Below, in pieces: positions 29,501-40,300 of a DNA stretch of 64,000 nucleotides. Below the pieces are notes generated by a model that saw nothing but the letters and a program-made list of their open reading frames with translations, searched no databases and had not been told where the DNA came from. The stretch's first letter is position 1. Every line of letters starts with the position of its first letter. Made by a program: the position numbers and the translations under genes. The DNA is from Candidatus Thalassarchaeaceae archaeon (GTDB lineage: Archaea; Thermoplasmatota; Poseidoniia; Poseidoniales; Thalassarchaeaceae): assembly GCA_030748775.1 (NCBI GenBank), contig JASMLH010000003.1:24281-88280 (forward strand). Reading direction: 5' to 3'.

Positions 29501-32500
29501 AAACAAAACGGTGGGGACCTGAGCCAAGAATTCGAGGCAGTTCTTCTGTCTCATATGAGTCCCGAACAAAAGGACGAATTCGAGGCGATACTGAAGACAA
29601 ACACTAGGGAATTCGTACTTCAAAGGGCAATGGAGGTTTCAGTAGTATACGGGGATACCGAACTATTGAGTGGCTATTCCCTAGGTTCAGACGGAATTCC
29701 CCAGACCCATAAATCGTGGAAGGTTTTTGACAACGGTGAACAGTTCGGCGAGTCCGTTCTCAACGAGACAGAGGCGATGGCCAAGTTCGACGAAGCACGA
29801 GGTTCCTCATCAACACCAGAAATCAAAGATAGCCCCGATTACTATGATTTCGGAGGATACCGATATACTTCCGACCTAATCAATGACTACGAGGACGTGT
29901 CTTCTGACCTGCATCGAATCAATGCGAAGTTTGCGATGATGAAGGCGTTCCTCACAACTGCCTTTGATCTGTCCGAATTGGTCTCCATTTACGACGGGAT
30001 ATCTTCCATTGATTCTTATGAGGTTCCGGACTACGAGTCTTCCGGGACGACCAGTAGAAATCACGAGATTAGGTATTTTGCTGTGGATAACAAGCTATAC
30101 CCTCTAGGTGGTCTATACTACGGTGATTACCAGAGCTACCACAGAGGTCAGACTACTGGGATTTTCCACGCGCCCACTCGCCTTTCGGGCCTCGACATAG
30201 GGACTTACATTTCGTCCACATACGAGACCCAGAAAAACAACAACGTGCAAAGTATGACCCAGGCTGAGTACGAGGAGCAGTATTTGTCGGATATTCGAGA
30301 CCAGGCCGCAGGAGTGATTACTGGGAATGAAGTGATTCAGATGACTGATATCGACTACCAGCACTTGCCCGCTTTCTTTGATACAATGATTGCAAGGACA
30401 TACGTGGGCTATGGATCTTCGACACTTGGACTCTCAGGACCGGCGGAAACGCCCTCTTCCTGGTTGGCTCCACAGTATATTTCTGGCGCTCCCAATAGCT
30501 ATCTGCAAGGAGCCATGGCACTTCCGGGTGCCATGATGAACCACTTCGTAATTTCAAACTGGTACGATAGGACCGATGGCGGTCATTGCGAACTAAACTC
30601 GACAGGCGATAAGGTACAACAGTCCTGTGGAACAGAGTACGACTCAAACAGGCTGGTCAAGATTCTGAAGTACTACAGCGGTGCCACCATTGAGGGAACA
30701 GTCTCACTCGATGGTGTTGGCGCAATACCCAACGCACGCATACTGATAGAAAGAGATGCATTCAGTGGCGAAGAGGAAGCAGATGAGAACGGAACGGTTA
30801 TCGATAGGGACTCCCGAACATTCTGGATTCCAATTGGGAGCACTCAAGCAGATGAGAACGGACATTTCTCATTCACAGTTCCTGCGGGGAAGATCAAGAT
30901 TTCCGCATTCTCAGGAGATCCAGACTTGGACGCGGGAAGGGCTGCTATCCAGATGTCAGGTTTGGGCAACTCCATGTACGAGCTATTCAATGAAAAAATC
31001 ACGAACAGGGATGTAAATCCCGTTACGGGAATTTTGGGCAACGTTTACGGCTCTACTTGGCTATCCGAGACAATAGTGAACATCTCTGGAGAGGACGGAC
31101 ACAGCAACGGACAATCGCTTATCGACGCATCAATCTCCGTAGCCCCCTCGACTGCTTCGGGAGTTCTCACCTGGTCAGGGGAATTGGATTTCAATGGAGA
31201 ACCAGTTATCGAGGCCAGCGTCATCTTAACCCCTGCATCAGAAGAAGTTGCCATCTCCCCCTATTCAGCACAAACATCCGATGGTATGATGGAGGGCGAA
31301 TCACTAGAGTTCAGCGGGATCGGAGAGGTACAATTCACCGGCCATGGCACCGTTGTAACTGAGGGAGCAGCCTCAGTTTCTGAATTCACTGGCACCCACA
31401 CCCAGTCTGTTTACGACAACCATAGCGTCACTGGAGTTGGACAGTTCGAGGGACGAGGCACTCTCGAGGGCTCGATTACTGATGACAGCACCACTCCTGA
31501 ATGCACCGATTCAATGGTTCCAGTTGGGAGTGTTGTTTGTTCCCTCGGGGATGATAAATTCCTGTTGAACGGAACAATAAATGCTACTGGTAAATTCACA
31601 TCCGAGGGACTAAGTAAATTCTCTAGGTCTCTTAACCAGGCAACATTCATTGGTGCTGGTACCTTCGAAACTGACACTTCGGAGGAACTGACTTCATATG
31701 GCACCATCAACGGAACTGGGACGTTCTCTGGCTCAGGGGTTTTCAGCGGCCCAATGGTGCAACCGGGCAGCTTCCACATAGTTGATGCACTTCCTGGCCA
31801 GTATTCTATTTCTGTTGACTTTGGAAACGGAACCATCGTAAACCTCTCGACACCATTCACAATTCCACTTACTCCAGTACCCGGACATATGCCGATTTCG
31901 GTTTCGGGTGGCGCTATGAGGGGGTCCGTTTCCCTTCCTTCAGGAAGGGCTTTGGATACTCCGATATTCATCTACCCAACTTCAGACTCTGTCGACAACG
32001 CCTCTGTCGAGTGCGCAGAAACCGCATCTCCGCCTTGCATGGTCAATCCTGATCCAGAAGGAAATTTCGAAGTCGGACCAATTGTCCCAGGCTCATACGT
32101 CTTTGAAGTCGACGTAGACGAAGACGGCTTCCCAGAAGTATCATCCATATTCGTATTTGAGCCAGATGAGTCATTTATGGCAGAATTCCCCTCCGAGGTC
32201 CCATCGATGTCGGATATTTCTTTCTCACTAGAGGACTCAGGCTCTGTCGTTAGGGATTTGGAAATTACACTCAGGCCGGACAACCAGTCCCTCTCTCCTG
32301 TTATCGCAGTTTTCGATAACGAATCAGGTACTTACTATGCAGAACTCTCCGAAGGAAATTGGATTCTGAACTACACCCTCGGTGACGAAAAGCAGATTTG
32401 GCAACTTATCGAAGTTGGCAGTTTAGATATTATTGGAGAAACATACCAATTCAGAGGTAGCCAACTAGTCCAAGGCAGCATCCATATGCCTCAAAATAAG

Positions 32501-35500
32501 GACATTCAGGCCCAATCAATCCAAACTGTACCCTTCCAGGACCTAACATTCCAATGGGACGGATTCGTACTCTCAACAACCACAGATGCAGAAGGGAACT
32601 TCAGCGTCATACTTCCCCAAGGAGCAATGATTGACGTCACAGTAGAGCGCATGATGGGGGCCGAGGGTTTCCTCTCCAATGGGAGCAGGTTTGAGGTCAC
32701 CGACGGCATGGGGGAAATAGAAATCGAGCTTGTTGATTCCGTAGTTGTCTTCGGTTCGGTTAGCCTGAACAGGGAGGCAAATACCTACAACTCCGGATAC
32801 CTCGGTTGGGAGCCAGTGGACATTATCGCTAGCAATGATGATGGAGAAATCACAGGATTCTGGAAGGAGGAGGTAAATCCGATGGGTCTCTTCGAGATGT
32901 TGCTTCCTCTAGGAAATTGGACATTCATGCTTGATGCAGGAGAACTGGGAACCGGACCTGCAGTCCAGAAGGAGGTAAACACCACTGTGAATGTAGAACT
33001 AATTCTTCTCGCGGATAACAGCACTGTTCGAATCGACCTCTTCATCGATGATTCAATGGATAACAATGCATCGAATGGAACCTTGGTCCCATATCCTTTC
33101 GAAATAAAGGCACTCACATCAAACGGCTCAGGTTACTCAGTGGCCATTGATGGTGACGAGTGGTACTCAGAAGGCAGGGCAGAGGTCTCTCTTGAGCCAG
33201 GGAAGTACCGAATTGTGATAGATCGGGCCAACGCCTCTGCCGACGAGCCATTCGATACCCTGTATGACGTCAACGAAGTTTTTGATGTCGGCATGGATTC
33301 ATCGGTGATTGTGGAAAGGTCGGTAGGATTCGAGCCCCTATGGCTTGTAAACATCACATTCAGAAACGAGTTTGGAGATAATCTCTCGAATCATGATGTG
33401 ATGTTCCACAATTTGGAAAGTGGGTGGTTGCAGACTCATTCGACGGACGAAAACGGCATGATTGTCGAATATATGCCCGAGGGTGACTGGATTGTCATAG
33501 TGGATGAATTCGAGACATTCCCAGGCGTGTACGAGGGATTCAGGGAAGCAATTTCTGTTTCCCAGGAAACGGCAGCCACCAGGGAAAACTTCCAGACCTC
33601 CCAACTTGCTACTGTTTCGGTGTTCCTCTCCTCTGACTACGCAGGCGAGTCAGTTGAGGAAATGTATCTGAAGTTCACTTCGCAAGAGGGATTGGGATAC
33701 TTCACAGCATCGGCAATGGGATTCGATCAGCCTGTTGTGATTAGGACCACTCCAGGACACTGGAACGTCGATATGAACCAGACGAACCAGGAAGGCGTGA
33801 GGATTCTCGTCGAAAACACGTCGTTGATTGAGGGGGGTGTTGTTGTATCTGACAACCTCTCATCATTCCTATCGGTACAAAGACTAGTCGAACTCAGCGG
33901 AAAGGTCTACTGGGATCTAAATGACGATGGAACTCCGGGGTTCAATGAAGGATTGGAAAACGCCACGGTGACCATTGGCTCGGGAAATCCCGAAACTCCT
34001 GGGACATCTCATGAACTCACAACTGGGCAAAGCGGGGAATGGTCAATTTTCCTTCCTTCAATGAGTGCGTGGAACATCAGTGTAGACAAGGATGAATACG
34101 GCAACGCATCTTCTTTTGTCTCACTACAGCAGTCTTCGCTAGTGGAAAATATAGAAATTGACGCAGGAGAGGTGGGTGTATCTGGCTCAGTCTCCTACGT
34201 CGACGAGAGCTGCGTAACAAATGGCGATTGGGAAGTTGTGCTAATACCCTCTCATGGGATATCTCGTGATAGAGTAGTTGCTGAAAAGACAGGCAACGCT
34301 TCATCTGGTTGGACCGGTGGCTGGACTGCATCATTGGAACCAGGCAGCTGGATTGCATATGCCTCAACTACTGCCCAGTCCCAGTGCCAGTATTTGGTAT
34401 CGATAGAACCAATCTCAGTAGACGTTGATGGCGGTTTCGTAGAATCTGAACTCTCAATAGGGGGGAACCTGTTACTGGACACGCAGTGGCTTGATTACGA
34501 GGGTGCCGAACACGAACTTACAGAAATCGATGAATACGATTTAGAGATTAACGTGGGAATGGGAATTACTTGGTCTGAGAAGCTTGGTGATGATGGAATT
34601 CTGATGATTCTCTTGCCAACCGGCAACATTGGGACTTCCAGTGAATTCATCCTGAACGAGGACGGCAGGAACGTGTCGTACACCGGAGGCCAGGGAGTGA
34701 GCATACGAGCATCACAAGACACCCCAGTTACCACACTTAGCATCGAACGAGTTTCGAAGCAGGACATCGAACTCACCGTCTCACCGACAGGAATAGTCCA
34801 AGTAGATCTCCAGGATCCTGATTGCGAGTCAGATTGCGAGTTCCAATCTGCGGAATTTTCGATAAATGTATCATACAGGGGACACAACCCATTCGATTCG
34901 TACGACGTCTCAGCCACTGTTACTGGGATGGATGGGCAATATTGGGATGTCGAGTTCCAGAATTCTAGCGATCCAGAAGACTGGGTTGAATCCACTTCAA
35001 TTGCCATGGGTCTAGACAACGAGACCAATATCGAGCTAACAACCCGCGTCGTTCCGGCCAATAGAACATTGGCACACCATTTCCCCAGTGGACACACAGT
35101 ACTCGTCAAGTTCGCTACCCAACAGGGGTATTCTGAACAAACAGAGATGAGCGTGCAGATCCCAAGATATTCTGGTTTAGAACTCGGTGATGAATTCGAG
35201 GACACAGTGTATTTCCAGTCAGAGCAGAAGTTGATAAATTTCCAGATACCTTATGCCAATCTGGGCAACAGTGACGAGATTCTAAACTTCCAGTTTGACC
35301 CTCCAGAAGGATGGGAAGTATCCGGAGCATTGAGTCAACCTGTGGCTCCGTTTTCAATGGGGACCTCTTCGATAACTATGATTTACTCTGGCTCCGAAGA
35401 TTATCCTAGCGATTACTCGGAAATCTTGAGGTTCAACGTCACCGACTCAATAAACAACACATCCGAATTCCAGATCTCACTAGTTTTGGACTCTCCATCT

Positions 35501-36013
35501 CTGTCTTTGGTCGGTGGAAATGATGGAATCTCAATCCTCGGTGAAGGCTCTGCAAGATACGGATACATCGAAACGTACGTTGTCAACGTTTCAAATTCTG
35601 GAAATGTTGATGCTACAGGAGTGACCCTTCACGCCATGCTTTGTAGCGATATCCAGGACGAAGATGATGATGGTTACTGCGACAAGTTCGAGAATGTAAA
35701 CTCAAGTGCCGTTAGCGATGTACCAAGCATGGGCGAAGCCTCATTCTACATCAATATGGATTTCACACAATACGAAGGCTCAGAGATATTCTATATCCAG
35801 TTCGAAATAGGAGACGTAGAGAAGTCAGGTAAACTGAGGGCATGTAGCGATACAGGAACAAAGACATTCTGTGTTTTGGAGGCACAACTGGGGGCCAGCT
35901 CGGATGACAATTCCTATCTTCAGTACATGTGGCTGGTGCTTGCTGCTATGCTCATCTCACTTCTATTGTACCTAACCAGGCGTCCAGGAAGAAGGGTGAG
36001 CGCCCCGTTCTAA
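26513..36013 (+). CDS. aglB: Giant oligosaccharyltransferase (STT3/AglB) with an extra N-terminal TM bundle and a ~2000-aa extracellular Ig-like extension ending in a TM helix
   Basis: SDPWY (27683), NPRPPLF, ADHD (28031), TIGE (28655), SWWDYG (29342), ADNFQ; carboxypeptidase-regulatory-like repeats (GTVSLDG..IPNARILI; GKVYWD..ENATVTI..T..SGEWSI). ATG 26513 preferred. Confidence 0.9.
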   Translation: METESDTTSGHNIEYDIAYPTIATIALLGLLFVTCILEGRDLVGELVFEAIALPLAILISSLSGRFSSLIPFSSSGLRVSVHASALLAFSLIANIISPSNFDHLFVTMFFITGFVSAILNECKRFEESSIFFTAIVGMHISVTYAAGLGISSNPASSQLIDAQRTAIGTAFLSFWLASIALGFLVMVVIRGTLQDRGSGKFFSDIPVFSESKTPVIYSSLVLLSFIIPLVWLGRIEDLSEFSEGKHLGFVWGIFSALVVITHSFFRSEGWHVLGSVLAINWVLYTIGHLHEIGNNLPSLFSEEGFIGTFTWFFLGFWLNFFAIFFASRGLFGDIAPRREKGVFRNWWGENSYAVLVGMAFVTALVVRTAWNIIPAMNAQGTGLWDLTGGSDPWYMKRVVDYVIAERSHLIFDADRAYPLGGINPRPPLFSWSLALGGLALSWILEVAPGEAVWWSMAVLPAVYGALIVFPISGIASRVHSRNSGIIAAWLIALMPGHMSRSTLAMADHDSFAMLFLAIAFFYWIKALENLEHKKVFESVSPNPLYIVAGMRETWRQNPALMANATMSGIAFTVMALGWKGFVYGPGILFLAYSFQVAVNIFRGRDSIQFTSAALQMMLTCIILPAPFYAWPGMNLLLAPSGMQPMFYILGFTFAVGWVSSSFRDKPWLLVVISGSALFGTILAILYILQAADLYNGWDILFTGGFYFSKNKIFSTIGEAQAPDRGILFASYGPIVALIAIGCAFVLLWRGIRRNKSSLTLLGLWAIIATYMAWTAGRFIINATPVMAIAGGIGISMLWDSANFSAFTKVRRNSGIGTPRTRFRSIWPATKARPGIPAMVLVILLVTSQHATYGIDSAIPRGSEDAVDIDEDIYNIAPDIFRQDFFNLFSVLNSKTYNPESSGQLWYMGTFGPSFNQVGWNEAFDWLSQQDSDVPFSERPAFVSWWDYGFQALTSGQHPTVADNFQSGIPQSGAMLLAAGQEDVLAMFIATLAQGDRKQNGGDLSQEFEAVLLSHMSPEQKDEFEAILKTNTREFVLQRAMEVSVVYGDTELLSGYSLGSDGIPQTHKSWKVFDNGEQFGESVLNETEAMAKFDEARGSSSTPEIKDSPDYYDFGGYRYTSDLINDYEDVSSDLHRINAKFAMMKAFLTTAFDLSELVSIYDGISSIDSYEVPDYESSGTTSRNHEIRYFAVDNKLYPLGGLYYGDYQSYHRGQTTGIFHAPTRLSGLDIGTYISSTYETQKNNNVQSMTQAEYEEQYLSDIRDQAAGVITGNEVIQMTDIDYQHLPAFFDTMIARTYVGYGSSTLGLSGPAETPSSWLAPQYISGAPNSYLQGAMALPGAMMNHFVISNWYDRTDGGHCELNSTGDKVQQSCGTEYDSNRLVKILKYYSGATIEGTVSLDGVGAIPNARILIERDAFSGEEEADENGTVIDRDSRTFWIPIGSTQADENGHFSFTVPAGKIKISAFSGDPDLDAGRAAIQMSGLGNSMYELFNEKITNRDVNPVTGILGNVYGSTWLSETIVNISGEDGHSNGQSLIDASISVAPSTASGVLTWSGELDFNGEPVIEASVILTPASEEVAISPYSAQTSDGMMEGESLEFSGIGEVQFTGHGTVVTEGAASVSEFTGTHTQSVYDNHSVTGVGQFEGRGTLEGSITDDSTTPECTDSMVPVGSVVCSLGDDKFLLNGTINATGKFTSEGLSKFSRSLNQATFIGAGTFETDTSEELTSYGTINGTGTFSGSGVFSGPMVQPGSFHIVDALPGQYSISVDFGNGTIVNLSTPFTIPLTPVPGHMPISVSGGAMRGSVSLPSGRALDTPIFIYPTSDSVDNASVECAETASPPCMVNPDPEGNFEVGPIVPGSYVFEVDVDEDGFPEVSSIFVFEPDESFMAEFPSEVPSMSDISFSLEDSGSVVRDLEITLRPDNQSLSPVIAVFDNESGTYYAELSEGNWILNYTLGDEKQIWQLIEVGSLDIIGETYQFRGSQLVQGSIHMPQNKDIQAQSIQTVPFQDLTFQWDGFVLSTTTDAEGNFSVILPQGAMIDVTVERMMGAEGFLSNGSRFEVTDGMGEIEIELVDSVVVFGSVSLNREANTYNSGYLGWEPVDIIASNDDGEITGFWKEEVNPMGLFEMLLPLGNWTFMLDAGELGTGPAVQKEVNTTVNVELILLADNSTVRIDLFIDDSMDNNASNGTLVPYPFEIKALTSNGSGYSVAIDGDEWYSEGRAEVSLEPGKYRIVIDRANASADEPFDTLYDVNEVFDVGMDSSVIVERSVGFEPLWLVNITFRNEFGDNLSNHDVMFHNLESGWLQTHSTDENGMIVEYMPEGDWIVIVDEFETFPGVYEGFREAISVSQETAATRENFQTSQLATVSVFLSSDYAGESVEEMYLKFTSQEGLGYFTASAMGFDQPVVIRTTPGHWNVDMNQTNQEGVRILVENTSLIEGGVVVSDNLSSFLSVQRLVELSGKVYWDLNDDGTPGFNEGLENATVTIGSGNPETPGTSHELTTGQSGEWSIFLPSMSAWNISVDKDEYGNASSFVSLQQSSLVENIEIDAGEVGVSGSVSYVDESCVTNGDWEVVLIPSHGISRDRVVAEKTGNASSGWTGGWTASLEPGSWIAYASTTAQSQCQYLVSIEPISVDVDGGFVESELSIGGNLLLDTQWLDYEGAEHELTEIDEYDLEINVGMGITWSEKLGDDGILMILLPTGNIGTSSEFILNEDGRNVSYTGGQGVSIRASQDTPVTTLSIERVSKQDIELTVSPTGIVQVDLQDPDCESDCEFQSAEFSINVSYRGHNPFDSYDVSATVTGMDGQYWDVEFQNSSDPEDWVESTSIAMGLDNETNIELTTRVVPANRTLAHHFPSGHTVLVKFATQQGYSEQTEMSVQIPRYSGLELGDEFEDTVYFQSEQKLINFQIPYANLGNSDEILNFQFDPPEGWEVSGALSQPVAPFSMGTSSITMIYSGSEDYPSDYSEILRFNVTDSINNTSEFQISLVLDSPSLSLVGGNDGISILGEGSARYGYIETYVVNVSNSGNVDATGVTLHAMLCSDIQDEDDDGYCDKFENVNSSAVSDVPSMGEASFYINMDFTQYEGSEIFYIQFEIGDVEKSGKLRACSDTGTKTFCVLEAQLGASSDDNSYLQYMWLVLAAMLISLLLYLTRRPGRRVSAPF

Positions 36014-36031
36014 TACCAATGCCGAGGATCA

Positions 36032-37288
36032 GTGAATGGTGCGGCCATGAAGGGCATCAATCATTTGGAACTGATGCCCGAGCCAGAGGAACCAAACCTG
36101 CTGACCGCAGTAGACATTGACGCTCCGGGCTACCCCGGAGAAGCCTATGGCATTTCAGATGAGGAAGCCCGGGAACTTCGCTGGCCATTTGGCCCAATAA
36201 TCCGGTTCCTCTGGCCATGGGGGGCAGTTGGCTTCTCCTCTGCCATCGTCACATTCATTCTTCTTTATCCATCAATTGCCCCATTGCTTGGCGAGGTGCT
36301 TCCAGATTCCGAGTGGGCATTTGAGGATAGTGGCATTCGGAATCTGCAGGATAACGCGAACTTTGGGGAAGGAACCAGAGTATGCATTGTTGACACGGGA
36401 ATTGACATTTCACATCCTGACTTCGAACGAATCAATCTTGTTGGATTCAGGGACTTCTATGCAGATAATAGTAATGAAACCCGTGACATTGGGGACAAAA
36501 GCCATGGCACACTGATGGCCGGACTTCTAGTTGCAAATGAATCATTCATCGGCGCGGCTCCGGGAGTTTCACTTTCTGTCGCAATCGCATTGGGGCCTTC
36601 TGGGAAGTCATCCAACGAGAGGATGGTTTCACAGGCCATAAGGTGGTGTAGAATTTCTCAGAATGCAGACATCATCTCCCTTAGCCTAGGAAGTGAGCCA
36701 GGTTCATGGGTATCCTCTTCCTCAGAAACCATCGAGGCTGTTAACGAGGCACTCAATGAGGGAATCTTCATCGTAGCCGCAGCTGGAAACTCAGATCCCG
36801 AGTCGAATAACTCGGATGTTTCCACCCCCGCGAGTATAGAGGGAGTAATATCAGTTGGCGCCCATGGAAAGGATGGCAATCCATGGAAGGACAGCGCTAC
36901 TGGTTCTGATATCGACCCTTTCACTGGAGACGAACGGGTTTACCCCAACCAGAAGCCAGAGATTCTCGCTCCAGGGGTACTTCTATGGTCCTGTATCTCA
37001 AGCGAATATGAGCCTCCCTATGCATACTCTTCCGGAACCAGTGACTCTACAGTTCTGGTCACTGGGGCCCTAGCATTGATTCTGAATATTTATGGGGACA
37101 TAATTGCCGGTGAAAACGACAGGATAGACTCGCATGAGATGTCACTCGTCAAGGTCGCATTGGCCAAATCTGCTCGAGACGCACCAAACCAAGTTTCCTC
37201 TCATGACTCAAAGATTGGATATGGCCTCCTGGATGCTGAAGAATGGGCGAACCAAGTAGCCCTTGAGTTCGGAGTCGAGCAGCAATAA
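36032..37288 (+). CDS. Membrane-anchored subtilisin-like serine protease (S8)
   Basis: IVDTGID (Asp), HGTLMAG (His), AAAGNS (oxyanion Asn), SGTS (Ser), EILAPG, IGYGLLDA; N-terminal hydrophobic helix. Confidence 0.9.
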   Translation: MNGAAMKGINHLELMPEPEEPNLLTAVDIDAPGYPGEAYGISDEEARELRWPFGPIIRFLWPWGAVGFSSAIVTFILLYPSIAPLLGEVLPDSEWAFEDSGIRNLQDNANFGEGTRVCIVDTGIDISHPDFERINLVGFRDFYADNSNETRDIGDKSHGTLMAGLLVANESFIGAAPGVSLSVAIALGPSGKSSNERMVSQAIRWCRISQNADIISLSLGSEPGSWVSSSSETIEAVNEALNEGIFIVAAAGNSDPESNNSDVSTPASIEGVISVGAHGKDGNPWKDSATGSDIDPFTGDERVYPNQKPEILAPGVLLWSCISSEYEPPYAYSSGTSDSTVLVTGALALILNIYGDIIAGENDRIDSHEMSLVKVALAKSARDAPNQVSSHDSKIGYGLLDAEEWANQVALEFGVEQQ

Positions 37289-37330
37289 TTGACAAAACTT
37301 CGATTTGTTAGTGACACCCACCGTCCCTAT

Positions 37331-37339
37331 GGTTAAATC
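37331..37339 (+). promoter_or_regulatory. TATA-like promoter element GGTTAAATC
   Basis: TTAAA lies 24 nt before ATG 37357 (leaderless spacing). Similar GGTT(A/C/G)AA boxes lie upstream of aglB (26449), rps15 (57985), and on the minus strand upstream of the MBL and Hsp20-like genes. Confidence 0.45.
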
Positions 37340-37356
37340 GGCCCGATGACGCCCGC

Positions 37357-40300
37357 ATGTTCATGGCGGCGTATCGCAAGCGAAGCTCTGTCTCCATCTC
37401 CTGCTTATTCTTGCTGAGCATAGTGGTTTCATTGGCACTCCCAGCAAACACGGTATCAGCCTCTAATGAGACCACAGAGGGAACGATCACGGGAACTGAG
37501 ACCTGGGCAGGAACACACACTTTGACCGGTGACGTAACCATTGCACCGGGTGCGAAACTTATCATCCATGCAGGCTCAACTGTAATCTTCCCCAACGGGA
37601 CGCACATAGATGTCAGAGGTAGCCTATGTGCTGGTTCGACATCATGTGGAAGTCCAACTAATGCGGGGCCAGCTATGAAGATCACACTTAGATGGAATGA
37701 ACCGGCAAATGCTAGCGCTACTGGGGAATGCTATGGGATGAGCTACAGCAACCAAGAGATATGGATTGACGATCCATCTTGCAGTGAGGGAATCTTGATG
37801 AGGAGTTCAATTGACTTGTCTGAGACTGAACTTAGGCACGTTACATTCGACGGCGCCTGGGGAGTCCCCCACTACATTTCTGCAGTCAGCGAGTTCAGAT
37901 ATGGGGCCTTGGTTCTCGACGGTGCGAGCCCAGTACTAACGGAATTGGATTTCACCGACATCAATACCAGCAGCGTACTAACTACAAATCTGGCCCAACC
38001 CACATTCAATGGTGGAAACTTTGTAGTAGGAAACGACGAGAGTAGGAGCATAGTTGGGCCCGCACTACAGATATACTCCTCGGGTTCATCAGTTAGCCCA
38101 TTCGTACTTTCTGACATCACACTAACTGGAACGGGTAATGGGTGCCAGAACAATGCAGGAGGTAGGCCGACCATCTGGGCGGAGAAGTCATTCATAGAGA
38201 TAGAAAATGCCGAAATTTTATCTGGAGACTACGGAATAGGGCTCTGGTCTTCGGCAGGAAGTGTAACAAACTCAGAAGTAAACGCAAATTGCAACGGTAT
38301 AGACATCAATGGAAAGAAATCAATCGGCTCCACATTCTTCGAATTTGAGATTTCCAACAACCAGATTACAACTCAAGAGAGAAGTGGAATCTACGCTTCT
38401 AGTGGTGCTTATGCAACCCTGACGAACAACAACATAGCGGGCGCCTCTCAGGGGTCCGGTATAGTAGTCTATTCCAGTGACGTCTTCATCCATGAAAACA
38501 ACATCGGGCCTATAGGCGGGTATAACGGACTTTGGCTAGGCGGATCATTCGATGTAATCGCGGAGAACAACTCCATTTTCGGAACAGCAGGTACGCCAGT
38601 AGTCGCGGGTTGGTATACCAACTCTCTAGCTTCGGCATCAAGGGTATTACTGGCCAATAACACAATCTCATACGATGGAACCGGTGCATGCAGTAGCAAT
38701 ACTTACTGGGACGGCGATTTTACCTGCCCGGTCCTCCATGCCTTCATGACCGGAGTTACCATGTATGACAATTTAATCGATGCCGGAGGAACTGCTGATG
38801 GAATCAGGGCCGTCGGTTCGCTACTAGATATCCAGAGGAACACATTCACAATTCCGAAAACAGGAGCCGTGATTAGAAATTTTGACTCAGGTTATTCCGA
38901 TTCTCAGCAGTACGGCTCCTTGGCATTCTTTTCTCAGAACATCTGGGATGGAGTCGAAGTAACTTACAACATCACAAAGAGCTCAGTAACGTCTCAGTCC
39001 GAATACATCCCCTCTCCACCATCAGGCGAATCTCCAGTTAAACTATCATGGCCAGACCAGGAGGCATGGCCAGACAATGGGTTCCAGGGGGCAATCCTGC
39101 CAACTCCGGTGAAGGAATGCGAGAGTTGCGACAACATGACTCCGAGAAACTTCCCCCTCGGTGTAAGTTTGGACAACAATTCGACCGTCTTCACATTCGC
39201 AAACCTGACAAATCTAGATCTGTCAAAGGTAAAGATTGCAACTCAACCAACTCACTATGCGGTACAGGTCAGCAGGGCTGAGCTCGTAAGATTCCAGACT
39301 CTGATCAACGGCGAGAGAGTCAACGATGCATTGGTTATCGTCGAGGACGCAGTTGGAAATGACCTGTACACGGTAAAAACAGGTGCAGATGGATTCACTC
39401 CCTGGATTGCCTTGCCATCTAATTTCCACCTTGACTTCAGAGGCTTGGGAGGGGGAGACAATCCTGACGGATTTGCCGATGACGAATACGAGGACTCTTG
39501 CTCGGATGGGATCGATAATGATGGGGATCTTCTGATAGACACCGATGACGACAGCTGTGACTACTCTGCGGGAACTAGGGAGATGTCACTCTATCGTTAC
39601 ACAGCTTACAAGTTTGGATTCGGTTACTCAAGAGACGAGTTTATCCTGCAAGAGAGCACTCATCAAGAGACAACCAACTTGGTCAATCAGGCACCCACAG
39701 TTAAGGTAACGCAAGAGGATGGACACTCATTCCGAAGGGTTGTGAATATCACTGGTAGCGCACATGATGGGCAGCTGGCGAACAGTTACTCTTCCGACGC
39801 ACTAGCTCAGTGGGACCAAGGGGGGTATGTCCATTCCGTTCAGGTGAAGGATCCATTTACTGGTTCGTGGGAGGATGCTGGCCAGGCAGTTGACACCAGT
39901 GCTATGCAGGATGGACAAGTTACACGTTTCGATCGACCATTCAGCTCCTGGTATTATGAGATTGACCTTAGCGCAATTGCGGGGGAGGGCGACTATACAT
40001 TCGAGTTCCGGGCCTTCGACGGAATCGACTACAGTACAGTGATTACTCGAACGATTAAACTCAATGCCCAGCCACCAACTGTTTTCGTATCATCACCCAG
40101 CTCATTTTCCTCTCATGATGAGGGAACTGTCCACTTCGTAGGCTCTGCACAGGATCCTTATGGGTGCCCTACTGAATGCAACAAGGACATCGGACTAATA
40201 TTCATGCGAATTGAGGGTCCCAATTTCGAGGTCACTACTCCGGTTGAATCCAACGAGGATGGTAGCTGGGAGTGGTACTGGGACTTCAGTGCTAGGCCTA

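Noticed and set aside
26513-36013. Intein or frameshift as the cause of AglB length
   Set aside because: Single open frame; no C/S...HN-C/S/T splice junction or LAGLIDADG motif recognised.
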